Shown: positions 1 to 14,300 of the stretch, one piece after another
Layout: every line of letters starts with the position of its first letter
Position numbering within the stretch: position 1 is the stretch's first letter
Source: Owenia fusiformis
Taxonomy: Eukaryota
Length of the DNA: 64,000 bases
Direction of reading: 5' to 3'
Assembly (NCBI GenBank): GCA_903813345.2
Contig: CAIIXF020000001.1
Coordinates: 47,430,001 to 47,494,000, forward strand
Translations under genes and position numbers: made by a program
Notes under the pieces: generated by a model
The model's input: only the letters and a program-made list of their open reading frames with translations
Told to the model about the DNA's origin: nothing
Databases searched by the model: none

Positions 1-52
1 CCGACATTTTGTTACCGAAACGAACCGTTTCGGTAACCAGCGTACTCAATGA
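1..52. mobile_element. End of a MITE of the CACTGG-terminal family (truncated by the window edge)
   Basis: Reverse complement of 21140-21185 (ccgacattttgttaccgaaacgaaccgtttcggtaaccagcgta). Confidence 0.75.
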
Positions 53-55
53 AAA

Positions 56-480
56 CTAAGAATTATAGAATAAGAATATCCTATAATACTTTTCTGGATC
101 CTGATAATCTCCCAATCTGACACAAGATGACAAAGTGTGGTACATCATGTAAATCGAATCCGCTGTCAGATGTATTATTTCTACTTCAATTAACTTACCT
201 GAACATTCCTTCAAAAGAAAAAATAAGTTCACTGCCAATACTATATGTCCCATTACCATACTTGTGTACTGCTGAAAGTTGTAAGTAATGTCCTCACTGT
301 TTTCTAGAACTTATTTTATAGAGTTTAGGTAATTACCTTGGTTTCAGTTAGTGCAATTAAATCAATCGTGTTTACAATAATTCTTTGAAAAATTATTTCA
401 ATCGACTCCCATAATGATATTATTGTTCAAAAGCATGAAACAGATTTTAAGATATTGAAATGTCAGGCTTATCTCATGAT
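56..480 (-). mobile_element. Degenerate LINE AP-endonuclease remnant
   Basis: The minus-strand translation around 375-335 gives VNTIDLIALTETKV, resembling the D-x-I-x-L-x-E-T motif of APE domains, preceded by LKIC. The frame is broken by stops and shifts. Confidence 0.35.
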
Positions 481-1866
481 TGAGGAGTTTGATTTATTTT
501 CCTGGATAGCATTTACTGAACGAAGGCTATTCAAAAGTCAGTAGAGTTCACTGTTACGGTTAATAACAGAATGTGAGAACAAACAAAAAAGCAAATAAGT
601 GAATTTTGAAAAATTGTTTACAAATTTCAAAATAAAAATACTATAATATAAAGGCAGTTTGATACTAAAGTGATTGTCCTATCTGTGATGTGGCTTATTG
701 CATATGTAGTGTTGATAATATTCATAGTAATATCCAAAGCGAGATAAACCAAAAAACGATTCGATGACAAAATGTTCCAATGGCAATATGATGGATGATA
801 GTATCCAGAACGAAAATTCAGAATGTTCTTGAATGGATGTTGACCCTTTGTTACGCTTTTGGACATCGAGATTGGTTTTGTGTCTCACCCATGCAGCCAT
901 ATGGACTTAAATTACATTTGTATGATGTGAGACTCGACATTCACCGGGAAACTTGAAATAATTTGTCATCCATGGGGCAAATTAATTTTTACTGCTTAAT
1001 AAATGGGGAATGACAGCAAGATTGAGTTTTATAAGCATGAGAATAGCAAGATGTCTTGATATTTCAAGGAAACGTCGTTTGAAAAGTGATGGCGGTGATT
1101 GAAAAAACGATGTGAAGATAAAACCGCAACGAAATATTTGTAGATTTCTCTGAAGAACTAAAAAATATACATCACATATCGAATTTTCCGGAACATAAAA
1201 AACATGTATGAATTGTCACCCAATCAATATTTGAAATGCAACTGTTATTCGAACTTTGTAATCAAAACATCGTGTCATATCCCATAATACATGAAATAAA
1301 CAAAAGAAGACATTTGTATTTCATAACAAACATGTATTATTTTACACTACGACTGACAGAAAAATATATACACTTTTGAATACTGACATGGAATTACACA
1401 TATCTAGTTCCAATTTCTTAAATATTTATCGTTACATTTTCAGTATGTTAAGAAATTCTCATCATACTGTTTCGTTTATTCATTCTAGAATCGGGTATAT
1501 TATACCACTACTCAATGATACATACCGATAAAGGTTGAAACACCTAACGATGCAAATTAAAGATTAATCTTTTGCAGAATGTTATTGAACCAGTCGTACA
1601 ATCAAGCCAATCTTATGATATGATTATAAGAGATACCATAGTTATTATCATCTTCATATAAATATATACACCATTATACTTTCCTTTAAATAGCAAACAT
1701 GTAAATGTATAGAAAATAGAACATTTACTGACGAATATATTTACAAAAAATGAGACCTGATATGTATCAAACAGGAAAATTGCACTTGAGATTACAAAGT
1801 ATCACAGACTTCATAGTTTGTGTAAGTTCAGGGACATGCAAATATACATGTACGAATAAACGATAA

Positions 1867-2230
1867 CTTTACGTTTTGGGTCATACAAACACAGTACTAA
1901 TAATAAGATTTGGGTCATACAAACATAGTACTATAGTTTTACGTTTTGCGTCATACACACACGGCACTAATAATAAGATTTGGGTCATACAAACATAGTA
2001 CTATTGTTTTACGTTTTGGGTCATACAAACACAGCACTAATAATAAGATTTGGGTCATACAAACATAGCACTATAGTTTTACGTTTTGGGTCATACAAAC
2101 GCAGCACTAATAATAAGATTTGGGTCATACAAACATAGCACTATAGTTTTACGTTTTGGGTCATACAAACGCAGCACTAATAATAAGATTTGGGTCATAC
2201 AAACATAGCACTATAGTTTTACGTTTTGGG
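1867..2230. repeat. 70-bp tandem repeat (~5.2 copies; dimer of 34 and 36 bp subunits)
   Basis: acgttttg(g/c)g recurs at 1871, 1941, 2011, 2081, 2151 and 2221. Each unit carries two tttgggtcatacaaac cores. Confidence 0.95.
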
Positions 2231-2380
2231 TTCTATATAAATACGTTTTAGATCATACAAATAGGAGTACCATAACAAAGGTAGTGAATAGAATTTTAGC
2301 TGTTTCTTAGTTCTCTACATAGACTACACTTTTGATAATGTCAACTTCCATATGGAGGTTAAGCTTCAAATGTCATACTG

Positions 2381-5300
2381 TTAAAATATATCATCTTGTG
2401 GCTGATTTGGTAGAGGACTTCCTCCATTTTTCCCGTCCTTTCCCGTCAGGAAGTACGTAATCAGCTCGCCCTTTCCCTTTACTTTCACAAATCCACGCTT
2501 CTCAAATGTGAAACCAAATTCTTTGAGTATTAGCATCGTATCCTCAACACACTAAAAGGCAAAATAAATAAAAAGCAATGTCAATCAGAGATTTACAAGA
2601 AATTTGTTTTTTATACTTAAATATATTATTTAACAGCTTGTTCAAGTGTCTTTGCAAGTTTTTAAGGAATGATTTGGAATGATTCATCTTACCTGAATTT
2701 TTCCAGCCTGACCAGTTGATTCCATTCGACTTGACACATTAACAGTGTTCCCCCAAATGTCAAAATGGGGCTTTTTAGCTCCAATCACTCCGCCAATAAT
2801 TGGCCCCTGATTAATGCCTACAATATTAAATACGGTAGGAACATTTAATATGATGAAATAAAATGTGAAAAGTACATCGTAATTACAATTAAGGATTTAA
2901 GGTCACTTTCAATTAGAATGCTGGCCACTTCATTCAAGATAAAAAAGACAAATCACAATACGATGTCGTTTAATATATAGACAGGCTAATCCCATTTATT
3001 ATCTTTAAAATGATAAATTATAACTGACCTTCAGGATACTGTAAATACAGTAAATGATAAATTAACTGATGTGCATGAGACAAGGTTCGTGATTAAATAA
3101 AAAATAAAAGCATGTCAACGATATAGTTCAAATCTTACCTATTCTCAAGACAAAAGAGTTGAAGGACTGAGAATTGATTCTGTCAAGGGTCTCTTTAAGC
3201 GCATATGCGAAGTCTGTCAAATCAGCTAGGTGCTGCCATCTTTCTTTAACGGGTGCATCCTAAAACGAATTCAACATTTAAAATATTGAATTGGCAATTG
3301 CTTTTTTCCAACAATTTTATGAGCGATACTACATGTATATTAGTAATAGTGAAACTATTATGTTAGCGTATCTATGTTCATAATTATTAGACTATCTATA
3401 GCTATCTGTTATATAACATCCAAAGTACCACGCCGAGAATGCAGATACAGTATTAAAAGAATACATTTTTTATATTTTGTTGGCGTATATTTTGACAACC
3501 GGATATCCAAAATTGGACCACGTGTTTGCGCATGCTTATCAATAGCGACATAAAAATTAATTTGTCATTAATTTCCAACCTAATGTAATTGAGAAAGAAA
3601 TTAAGGTTCAAACATATTAAGCTTATAAGACACCCCTTTGCATGATGGATAAATCTGATCAAATCCCCACGGTACGGTCTAGGCAAATAGGCTAGGCAAA
3701 TGGAAGTTTAACATCCCCAAAATTGCAACAGTTTTTAAATTAGGCTTATATTGTATATTGATATCAGTTGAAAAACATATCAAAAATGTAGAAAAATATA
3801 TGCAGTGGACAAATATGAAATGTCACATTCTAGGTACCCCCCTCCAAATTTGAGTATGGGATTGTAAATAATTTTTTATTTCAAAATGGGATGCTCTTCT
3901 CAACTAAACGAGTAATATTATGATAGTTTACTGACATAAGAGCAACTAAAAATTGTTAACCAACTATTTGAGTGCAATAATTGGCATTTCTAGCCCCAAA
4001 TATCTGAAAATAGGCCATCAAATAGCCTGAATTTAATATAACAATGTATTTATTTCTGTATCTATTCATCAGAATTGCATGAAAAAAATCAAGGAGGTTA
4101 TTATACACCTGACCATTGTATTTGATAAGTATCAGGGTCATTAAGTGGATATTGAGGGTGAAAATAATATTTGAAATTTCAATATTTTACCACATACCTT
4201 TTTGGGGTGACCTTGCTTTTGTCTAATTACTTCCAAGATATGTCATATTTGAACTCAATAGCACAACTAAATTATTTGTAAAGGCTTATTTTGTCCTGAA
4301 AACAGTTTTTTGATGTTTTCAGGAAAGGATTATGTAAAAAAAAAAGTAGAAAAAACAGCAAATGCCAGGTGAAATATAGGGGGAGCCCTACTTTTAGTTC
4401 ATAACTGCTAAATTATCAAATGTTTTTTCCTTTTAAATTCAATTTGATATATAATATACCTTTTCTGGTAAAAGAGAGAACGATTTGTTAGAAATAAGTA
4501 CAATCGGTGGTCTAAAAATATCCTTGAAAAGGCAACAAAATGTTAAATATCCCTGTCCCTGACATCAGTTTATTAATATGAGCCAAAAAGGTAACCCAAC
4601 TAAATGTTTGTTAATAACCCAGTCATTCAGCATGGGTGTGACATCATATTTGGCACAATTACCTTGTTCAATGTTCTTTCATTCTACTAAGTGTCATTGA
4701 TCTATCCTTAATAGTCACGATTTTATGGCCATTTACAAAATGTGCTCAAAATATCGCAATGTGCCTAACTGACTGGACATCAATACCACCATTTTTTATT
4801 ATCTGTGGACCTTTTTTCTATACTAACAACACTTGAAACAAGAGATAAGAATGAAGATGAGAGCCATGACACAAGATTTTTATGCTCCTGATTTGAACAA
4901 CTACGTACGATACGTTCAAGTTGGCCTCCAGGCATGACACTCATATTTCATGGCATGGTATAAAATGGCCATAAAAATCGTGACCACCAGAGATAGACCA
5001 CTGAGACTGGGTAGATTGATAATACATTGACCAAGGCTCAATTCTGCCAAATATGACACTAAATCCATGCAGGATGACTGGACTGGGTTATTAAGATTTG
5101 TTTGGGATACGTTTTTGGCTCGCCCTGTATTAAGGAAAAAGAGTTACTTTTGACTACGGTGTTCTTAACCACACAGTGATATTGAGAAATGAAATGAAGA
5201 AGTTCAACTGAAGAATGTTGGATTTCAAGATGAAATTTAATAAAAAATGAGGAAAAGGTTTCTCCGTTAATAAATACTACTGAGTTAACTAGTGTAAATC

Positions 5301-8300
5301 CCTGGTCTTTATACAGGGCATGGCCCGATTATGTTATGTTCATTATCAAAAATGCTGCCTTAATTTTGTAATCTTAACCTTCATATATATTTGTCTTACT
5401 TATAGAGAGCAAAAAATAATGCTGATTAAATAAGCGAAAAAAAATTTTGGGCCCCTAAACCCCTAAAGTGGGCCCAAATTTTGAAATATTGAGGCCCATT
5501 TTCTTCAAAATTTGGCCTGAAATTAAAAAATAAGGCCTTAAAAGGCCCTCTTATGACCAAAAAGGCCCACTTTTTAGGGCCTTAAGGCCTTTTTGGTCCC
5601 AATTTTTATTCTTGGCCCGCCCAAGGGGGCCCGGACCCCAGCCCCCCCCCCAGATCCGCCAGTGTTCATTATTTAGTCATCATTATTTTCATGATCAGTT
5701 ATGGAGGTATTTGCACAAATGCCTTTGCATACCTACTTCATAGAAGTAAAATATGCCTAACACACACAATGGATGATCTCTGAGAGAGGAGAGCTGCATT
5801 TAGGCAATAAGAACAAACGTTTCGTTGCTTATTTCCCAGCAGTTTATTTCCCTCCCACTCCTGGATCTGATGGTACACTCTATAATTGTTGTTTTCCGCA
5901 GCATCAGAAGTTGGAGGAAGAACACGGGGCTGCAATAATTCATATCTTGCTGCTCTCTTTTAATAGAATTTTTGAAGCCTAAGTTCATTTAGGGTTTCAC
6001 CATTTTTCCACCATAAATTGACAAAAGAGCATGTTCCTCCACAGACTCTTAAAAATGAATTACTTGAGTATTTCCCAAGTATTTCCCAAGTATAAAAATT
6101 ACTTAAAGTTAAATACTTAGTTTTACTTCATTTTAATTTGTTTAACTTATATTGTCATTTTGAGTGTTTTAATTGCTTAATTATGTAAATGAGTATTACA
6201 ATTACTACAGTAAGTATTTCAATTTCTCTCCTTGCATTAGTAAATTCACCATAAATGAATTACTTAAAAATTACTTAAAAATTATTCAGTAGTTCAAGAT
6301 TATTGACTTAATTTTTGACTTAAAATGAGTAGTACAATTTCTCAATATAAGGAAATCCAAGTAATAATTTTTAAGAGTGTCTGCAATGACAGAGTTACTG
6401 GCATTTCACTGGTTTTCCACTTGATTACGTTGTAACAAAATGTCGGAACATCGAAGATATGATTTTTCTTTTTTCCTTATTTCATGCGTTGTAGGCAGAA
6501 TTATCACAAACATGTATCAGTATTATATGTTTAAAAATGTACATATTTGCGGACAAATAGTTCAGAAGACAACAGAATCGTCGATTTACTTCCTCACTTA
6601 AGTTACATAAACGGTATTTTGATAAACAGTTAAGATCTCACTTTGAACTGCCACCGTTTATGTAAGGAATGAAATCAACAATTCTGTTGTCTTCTGAGCT
6701 ATTTTTGCGCAAACATGTACATTTCTAAAACATATGATACTGATACACGATTGTGAGAAAAAAACATCGTGGGGATTCTGCCTACAACGAGTGAAAAAAG
6801 GAAAAAAGAAATATCGTGCCTTCGACGTTTAGATATTTGACCCGTTTCGGTAAGAAGCGTAATTGATCGGATCACCAGTGCTTTGATAATTTAAAAACAA
6901 CCGCTTGTTTTCTCAAGAACTCACTCTTTTCTATCTGCCTCAATGATAGCTTCTTGTCTATGCCATATACCGGTATAACCTGAATGCGTTGTCACACCCC
7001 AGAAAAGATAAACAAAATATTGTCACAGACCACTATTTCCGAAGACAATCTTATTTCATTTATATTCCAACATTTTGATTCTTGGGTTGCTGCTTTTGGT
7101 TCAGGTTTGAAGAAAATGTTGAAGTTTGTGTTTTGTGCATGATAAATTAGAAGCACAAGGAGATCTGTATGAGTATACTGTATTTGAGGTTTGGACACTT
7201 TGCATTGCAGTTTTCACAATCACAATATCTGCATCCGATTCTGAATGTAGCACATGTACACTCAATGTTTTCCAACCTGACAGACAGATTTACCATCATT
7301 CCTACGTAGTGAAATTATATTAATGAATGTGCTCTATCAGTTTAAATTCCGTTTAATAACCATAAATTCGTTTCTACAGCATTATACATCCAATTTTATA
7401 GTTCAAAAGTAATGTACTCTTAATATGTAATGATTTATTTATCTGATGAATTTAAATTCTTTAATTGCGGATTGTAAATAATAATTTAAACAATATTAAA
7501 TTCCACAGAAACTACAACTTACATTATTTAGATAAGCCTAGTATAGAGCAGTTATCAAATACCCTAATATCAGAGTGGTGATATGTAATTATTCATCAAA
7601 TACAAGTGAGGTCACCTTAACATTTCACCTGGTGCAACTAATAATTCCTAGTTTTCATACTAATAAGGTATAAACCGTCACAAAACTTGTATTTTAGATG
7701 ATGACAATCCTATATAAATGATTTAGATGTCAACTCTAATACAAATGTGATGCATTGTGGGAGTTAGTCATCAAAACTATAGTCTCCCCTATAGTAGGCG
7801 GGGCAAAACTATGAAAATGAAATAATTTTTTTCTTCCTAAGTATACACGTTAGAATTCTGACACTCACCAAACATGAAGTTCATATGAATATGTAACACC
7901 ATGATTTTTTCATGCTTTTCTGACTAACTGATCCTAAAATATCTAAATAGATATGTGAAAACATGCCTGTTTTGTGGCATATTTTGTTATACTTTGGGGT
8001 CAAATGACCAATTACTGGTCTCAAAAATGGTTAAAATAATATTTTAATTATTTGTGAATATGTGGTCTATCATAATAAAGCTTGAATACTTGACTAAAGT
8101 ATTCCATTTGGGAAGGAAAAATTGTTTCCTACCAATACTCAATTTTGGGGTAGGGTTGTAGGGGGTACCTAGGAAGTGAAATTTCATATTTGTCCACTGC
8201 ATACATTTTTATACATTTTTGATATGTTTTTCAACTGATATCAATACATAATATAAGACTAATTTAAAAACTGTTGCAATTTTGGGGATGTTTGGGCCTT

Positions 8301-11300
8301 TTATGAGCCCATTTGCTTGGCCCTAAAAACGATTACAATGTATTGGCATTTAGCTCGGCCTCATAATGGTATTTCGGAGGCTTCAATAGAAGAGTTTTAT
8401 GTTTAAGCAGGCCCGTAATCATGCAGTTTTTCACCATTTTGAGCACTTTTCAAGTGATTTTAGCCATATTTGGGGCAAAATTGTCAAATGTGAACCCCCC
8501 CCTGGAAATTTTTGAAAATTGAACCCCCCCCCCCCCTTGGCAAATCCTGGCTACGGGCCTGTTAAGTAACGTATTGTCACACGATCTGTAAATACTTATA
8601 TCAACTTCAGCTTGATATAACGTATCAAAGCACATTCAGTAATACTTGAGACGAGGACAAATAGGAGTGTAGCTAGATTATACATTACGCCGACCAGACT
8701 GATAGAATATACAGGGTATCCAAAACGTGTAGAGATATTATGGTTACCCTGTACTAAAGGACTGTATGGCAGAGGACATTAGGAGGAAGCACACAGGGAG
8801 TAATACTAGGATTGTTCAAATAATTAGCTTATGATACGCGTTTTCAATTATTCAAACAGAATTATTTAGTCTGTTTACTTTGAATAATCAAACGATGTGC
8901 TCGTCTTTTTATTATAGGTGTGCTGCTAATATGAAGGGGTATTTAAGGGGAGACAATCCGAGACATGGTTTGCATAAAGGTGACATAATAAATTGTACGT
9001 TTCGGATTCGTAACAGCGGTATAATGTTTACCCAACAGTACCGATACTGACAATAGAATATAAAAGATAATTTTATAATGGTTGCAGGTGCTAGCAAGTG
9101 TAAGGATCTGAACTCCACCTAACAAACATGCAGCATGCATTTACATGTGTAGGACAAGCATGATAGATTACAGCGAGGTAGGGCATAATAGAAGTGAGAT
9201 AACAAGTGGGTTACCAAAACCTTCATTTATACCTGGGTCACATTTGCTCCGATCCATCGACCGGCGCCCGGCCGATTGAGTGTTTTGTTTGATATTGTAT
9301 TCAATTTTGAACAAAATGCTCAATCGGCCGGGTGCCGTAGTGAAAATCGGAAAAATGTGACCAAGGCATTACTGATACAATACATTAAACGAGTATCACC
9401 TTTCACATTACCTGCTTTGCCCCGTTCTCCTTCTATTGTACAATCATATTGATATAGTTATAGTATCATAGTTTTGTATAATTCTACTCAGTCACTGACA
9501 AATAAGTTATTTAAATGTTGTAGGAATTTCTATACTATAATTAACTTAAGAATAATATGATTATTATGCAAATGATCTTAAAAGTTGATATTCATTATTT
9601 CTATTTCGATGATAAATAATAACTCTATTATATTTGATAACTAGATATAGTTAGTTACCTTGGGGATACTGTATCCTAGGTTCATGCCACTAGCCGCCAT
9701 GTACGTGGATCCGATAGTCTTAATCTTTATTATGTTTTTAAATCGAGCCTCATTGAGAAGCTGAAACATAAAGAAAAATGACTCATTCAAAGTACTTCTA
9801 AGGAGCTCCAAGATGCGCGTTAATATAGCATATCAAATTTTATTCCATAGTTAGCATGATATTCATAGGATAACATGTGAAAATAAAAACAGTATTTTTG
9901 TAATCAGTGGTAAAATATGATATTTTTGACAAATTTTCACTTAACCATAACATACGGTTTTTAGCCATGACATACGACGTCGTATGCGATGGTTTATGGA
10001 TTTTTGCTACTTCAGACTCAAAACGAGGCTAAGTGTCAACATCGCCGGATCGTTTGGAAATTCGAATTAAATAACTTAATTTCCGACGATTCTGATGATG
10101 AATCTAACTATGGAATAAAAAGAACATCCTATGATTTACTCGTGATATGATTTTAATCCACTCATGGATATTGATATCTGCACTCTCTCGCTACGCTCGC
10201 TCGTGCAGATATCATATCCATTCGTGGATAAAAATCATATCACTCATAAATCATAGGATATCCTCTATATCTTACACATTACTCAAAGTCTGATATTGGG
10301 TTGAAGTGGCGAGTGATAGACATTTCGGATTAATTAATACGATAATTTTTGCCATGTGCTTTCTCTCCTCATATGTGACAATTTGATGTCTGTAATTCGA
10401 TTCCTACTCACCTCGTCATAGTCAGATATGATTTCATTGAGGAACCTGAGACACTCCAAGCCGTCATTGTTGACACTATCCTCCGTGTAGAAGTCGTTAA
10501 AGTTGGGGCAAGATGCAAATATAACACCAGCCTCGTCATACGCCTGACTCACCAATTCCTGAAATCAAAATATTGTTTAACATACCGTACTTACTTCTTC
10601 AGGCGTCATCTCAACAATCAAAAAGACTTACATATATCGATTCTAATTGGCATATGATTCTTCCGGTTGCTCGCATAGATATATAATCATATTTATTATG
10701 TAGTACTATTGTTTCAAAGGTAGGATACTGCTTCTATGGAACGTACTTCGTCTCGTTTCTTGGTTCCAATGAAGTCCCTAGCCACATGAGCAGGTAAAAT
10801 ATTGTATACTAAGGCTTCATTCTTCTCTCTTTGTTTTTGAATCAGTTCTTTCGCCTCGTCAGCCTCATACTTCCAAATGAACAACTTGCGCATAACAACC
10901 TCATTCTAAAAATTAAAAACATGCCCAGTTACAATTTCCTGCGGAAGTTGGTCAACATCTGCATTATAATTACAATCGACATTATTGTGTTAAAAGATAA
11001 AGATGTCTAATTTACCTTTTTTTATTAACAAAATGTATATTCAGAAGAAGAGCAAGCTACATTGTGTAAATATGTGATAATTAGTATCATTTAATGGAGC
11101 ATGCCGCAACATAACTCAACACTGAAGTGTTCAGACTCCGTTTTAATCTTCAAATATTTGTAAAATATGTTTTACTTACATGTCTTATGTAGAATGCAAG
11201 TGTCAAAGAGATCGCGATGGCCTTCCCAACTATAGAATACTTTGTGCTTACAGTTGTCGCCAACCTAAGAGTATAAGACAATGGGTAATTCAATTTACAT

Positions 11301-14300
11301 GTATGTGATACCTTCAATTATCAACTCGTTCACATTAGATAACACTTTTCAGAAAATTGATGAAGTAAAATTTGGTAAAAGGGTGATCAAATATTAACAC
11401 CTACCTACACAGTGAAAACTGTGGCTCAATAGATGTTAATTGTGCATAGGTTTTACTAATCAGACAAATTTCTCAAAAATAGGGATAAGTTCTACCAATC
11501 AACTATAAATATGATGTCCAATTGTTGTTTAAAAATACAGGGTGACACAAAAAATGTTACCCTCTAATTTTGGAATAACTTTCTCAAATATGATTTAATC
11601 TTCGTGATTTTTCTGTGTAGACCATATTTGACGAAATTATTTTAAAATGAGTAGATATGACATTACTGATAATATGTGTAAAGGCAATTCAGAAATGATT
11701 CAAATAATGACTAAGTCAGAAATCCTTATTTCAGTAAATTGAATTTTTGAACATTTTCGCAAGAATTTACGTCAGGGCAAATCTGGAAATCTCGAAATCA
11801 TACATGCAAAATAAGAACACCACGCTTTTCTCAAAATTGAACACAGAAAAATCACAAAAGTACATCATATTTGAGAGTTATTCCAATACCCAAGGGTTGT
11901 GTGCAAAGTTAAAACTGATATATTGGGAGGAAGCAGCAAATAAATAGACCTTCTTTACGAGGTCAAAATGTACTTTTTAGATGTGAATACTTCAGAATAT
12001 TGCTTACAATGATTAGCTATTGCAGATCTTTCTACAATAAAAATGACAAAGAATGTTGCAGAGAGAATGTTTATTTTCTGGTGATTGTGTCACTTTTGTA
12101 CAAATTACCGTACTCTTCTTCTTAGAATCCTCATAATGGTGGTCATTTACTGTGGTATAGTTAAAATTTATGTTATTTTTGAATTAAAAGATACCATCTC
12201 CCAATTTACATTCCTTGCCGTAAGGCGAAATATTTATGTAAGTGGTCACTGACCATGACAGACCATCAGGCTTATGTTTAAATCAGTTTTAGGCCCAACT
12301 TCTAAAAGATGAACATCTCTCACAATTTCTCTTGATAATAAAATAAAGTACTTGAATAAAACAAAATATGAAATAGTCGGTTATTTAATATAAAGGAAGT
12401 TAAAACGCTTTATAACATGGTGGAGCAGCGGGGTAATTTCCTATTTCTCAAATCCATAAAAGTTTCATTTAGATTTTGTTAGAGGACTGAGATCTTGGCT
12501 GCTCCACCATGTTATAAAGCGTTTTAACTTCCTTTATATTAAATAACTGACTATTTCATATTTTGGAAGTTAAAACGCTTTATAACATTACGATCCCGTT
12601 CAACAAAGGAATGGATGAAAAGGATACAAATACATTATTGTATGCTAAAATAAACTTCGACCTGCAACATGCATGTTCGATTATATTAACAATTTATCGA
12701 ATTTATCGGGAGTTAAAACGGATTACAGGGTTCCAAAAGATCAAAAGCAATTTTTGAACACCAAATCCCGCAAGTTACAGGTTGCGAGTCGCAGGTTAAA
12801 GTTTTTTAGCCACATTTCAAACGAAATTAAGTAACAATTGCTTACGTATTGTAGGAACCATATAGAGCTATATCATATCTGTCAAACAGGTTCGGGAGAA
12901 CGATTGCATACAACACACAATACACGACAGTGAGTGGGACCAATATAAGTATCTTCGCCAAGAATCCCAGCTGCACCAACACTGTTACTTCGATCAGCAC
13001 GAGAATGCCATAGTATGAGAAATATACGGGATACTCGCAGTTGAGAGATTCACTGTTCAAAGGCAGGGAGAATGTATTGGAAATGTTGGAATCACATCCG
13101 AACTGCAACAAACAAGAGCACATGTTCTATAAGCCATACATGTTGTTGGTCTAATCATTATGACCGGGTCGATGCCATTGATAGTTGTTAACTGGTAACC
13201 AATATTGCCATGGGCATTAGATCTATTATGACAACATATCTACGTACGCAGAGAGTGTTAACGTTTAGTCAATAACTGCCTCGATTCGGAAATCATCCTA
13301 GTAATGTAGTTCCTTTAGTTGGAATATGTTGTTCATGTATTGTCCTATAAGGCATTCGATTATTTTTGGAACTGTCATGACATTTGCCCTTTCAAGATCA
13401 CCCTTGGCATACGCAGCTACTGCTGCTGATAATGGACCGGATGGGTAGGTTACAACAGCGTGACCGACGCGGTATATAACTGTTATTTTTTAATTCAAAT
13501 AATCTACAACTAGGTTAATACCTTTAGTGTCTTTGGAATATTTAGAAGCTCTCTAATTTAAAATTTTTAAGAGAAGTAAAAAGGAAAAGGCCTAATTTTA
13601 AAGAGTATTTATTATTTAAAGAAAATTTACAACAAAAAGTAACCGATATATATTATACCAGCCACGCTTGCCAGTATGTGCTTTGATTTTGTTTTCCGAC
13701 TCACGGTTTTTATTTTCTTGAATGGATCCCGAGGCAAATAGGTAAAAGGATCAATAGCCTATAGTTATACTTTCACCGCTAATTCACCGCTTAGCTTAAT
13801 CGCAGATGTGATTGCTACGTCGTCATGATACTAGTATATTATTATTTACATTCTGAATGTGAGACAAAATTTTATATTTATATAATTAAAGTTAAAAGTC
13901 GGTCTAACGGTATTTATTGGTATACTATGATTTTTGAGTTTACACATGTATAGATATCAAAACTTTGCTTACAGTGAATGAAAAGACGTACCATATAAAC
14001 AATATTACAAGCAGCAAGGACGAGAATAGCGGAGATAGTCCACCCTGCCCTGAGCCAAGGTTTGCGTAGAAGCCATTGTGAGAAAGACACTGCGCATCCA
14101 ACAAAACGTTTTGGGCTACTTGCGGCGAATGGAAACACGGTGAACACCGTTAACAACAGAGCCCCAATTATGAACGTCAATATGCTGAATAGACTTCTGA
14201 AATAAATAGTACATGCGTGTTACTTCGAATACATCATACTTGATCACTGCAAATATACCATTTCAATATTAATGATTATATTTTGTGGTGTTCTCGATTG

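Noticed and set aside
1867..2230. Repeat-spacer look resembling a CRISPR array
   Set aside because: The intervening segments themselves repeat, there are no cas genes, and the context is eukaryotic.
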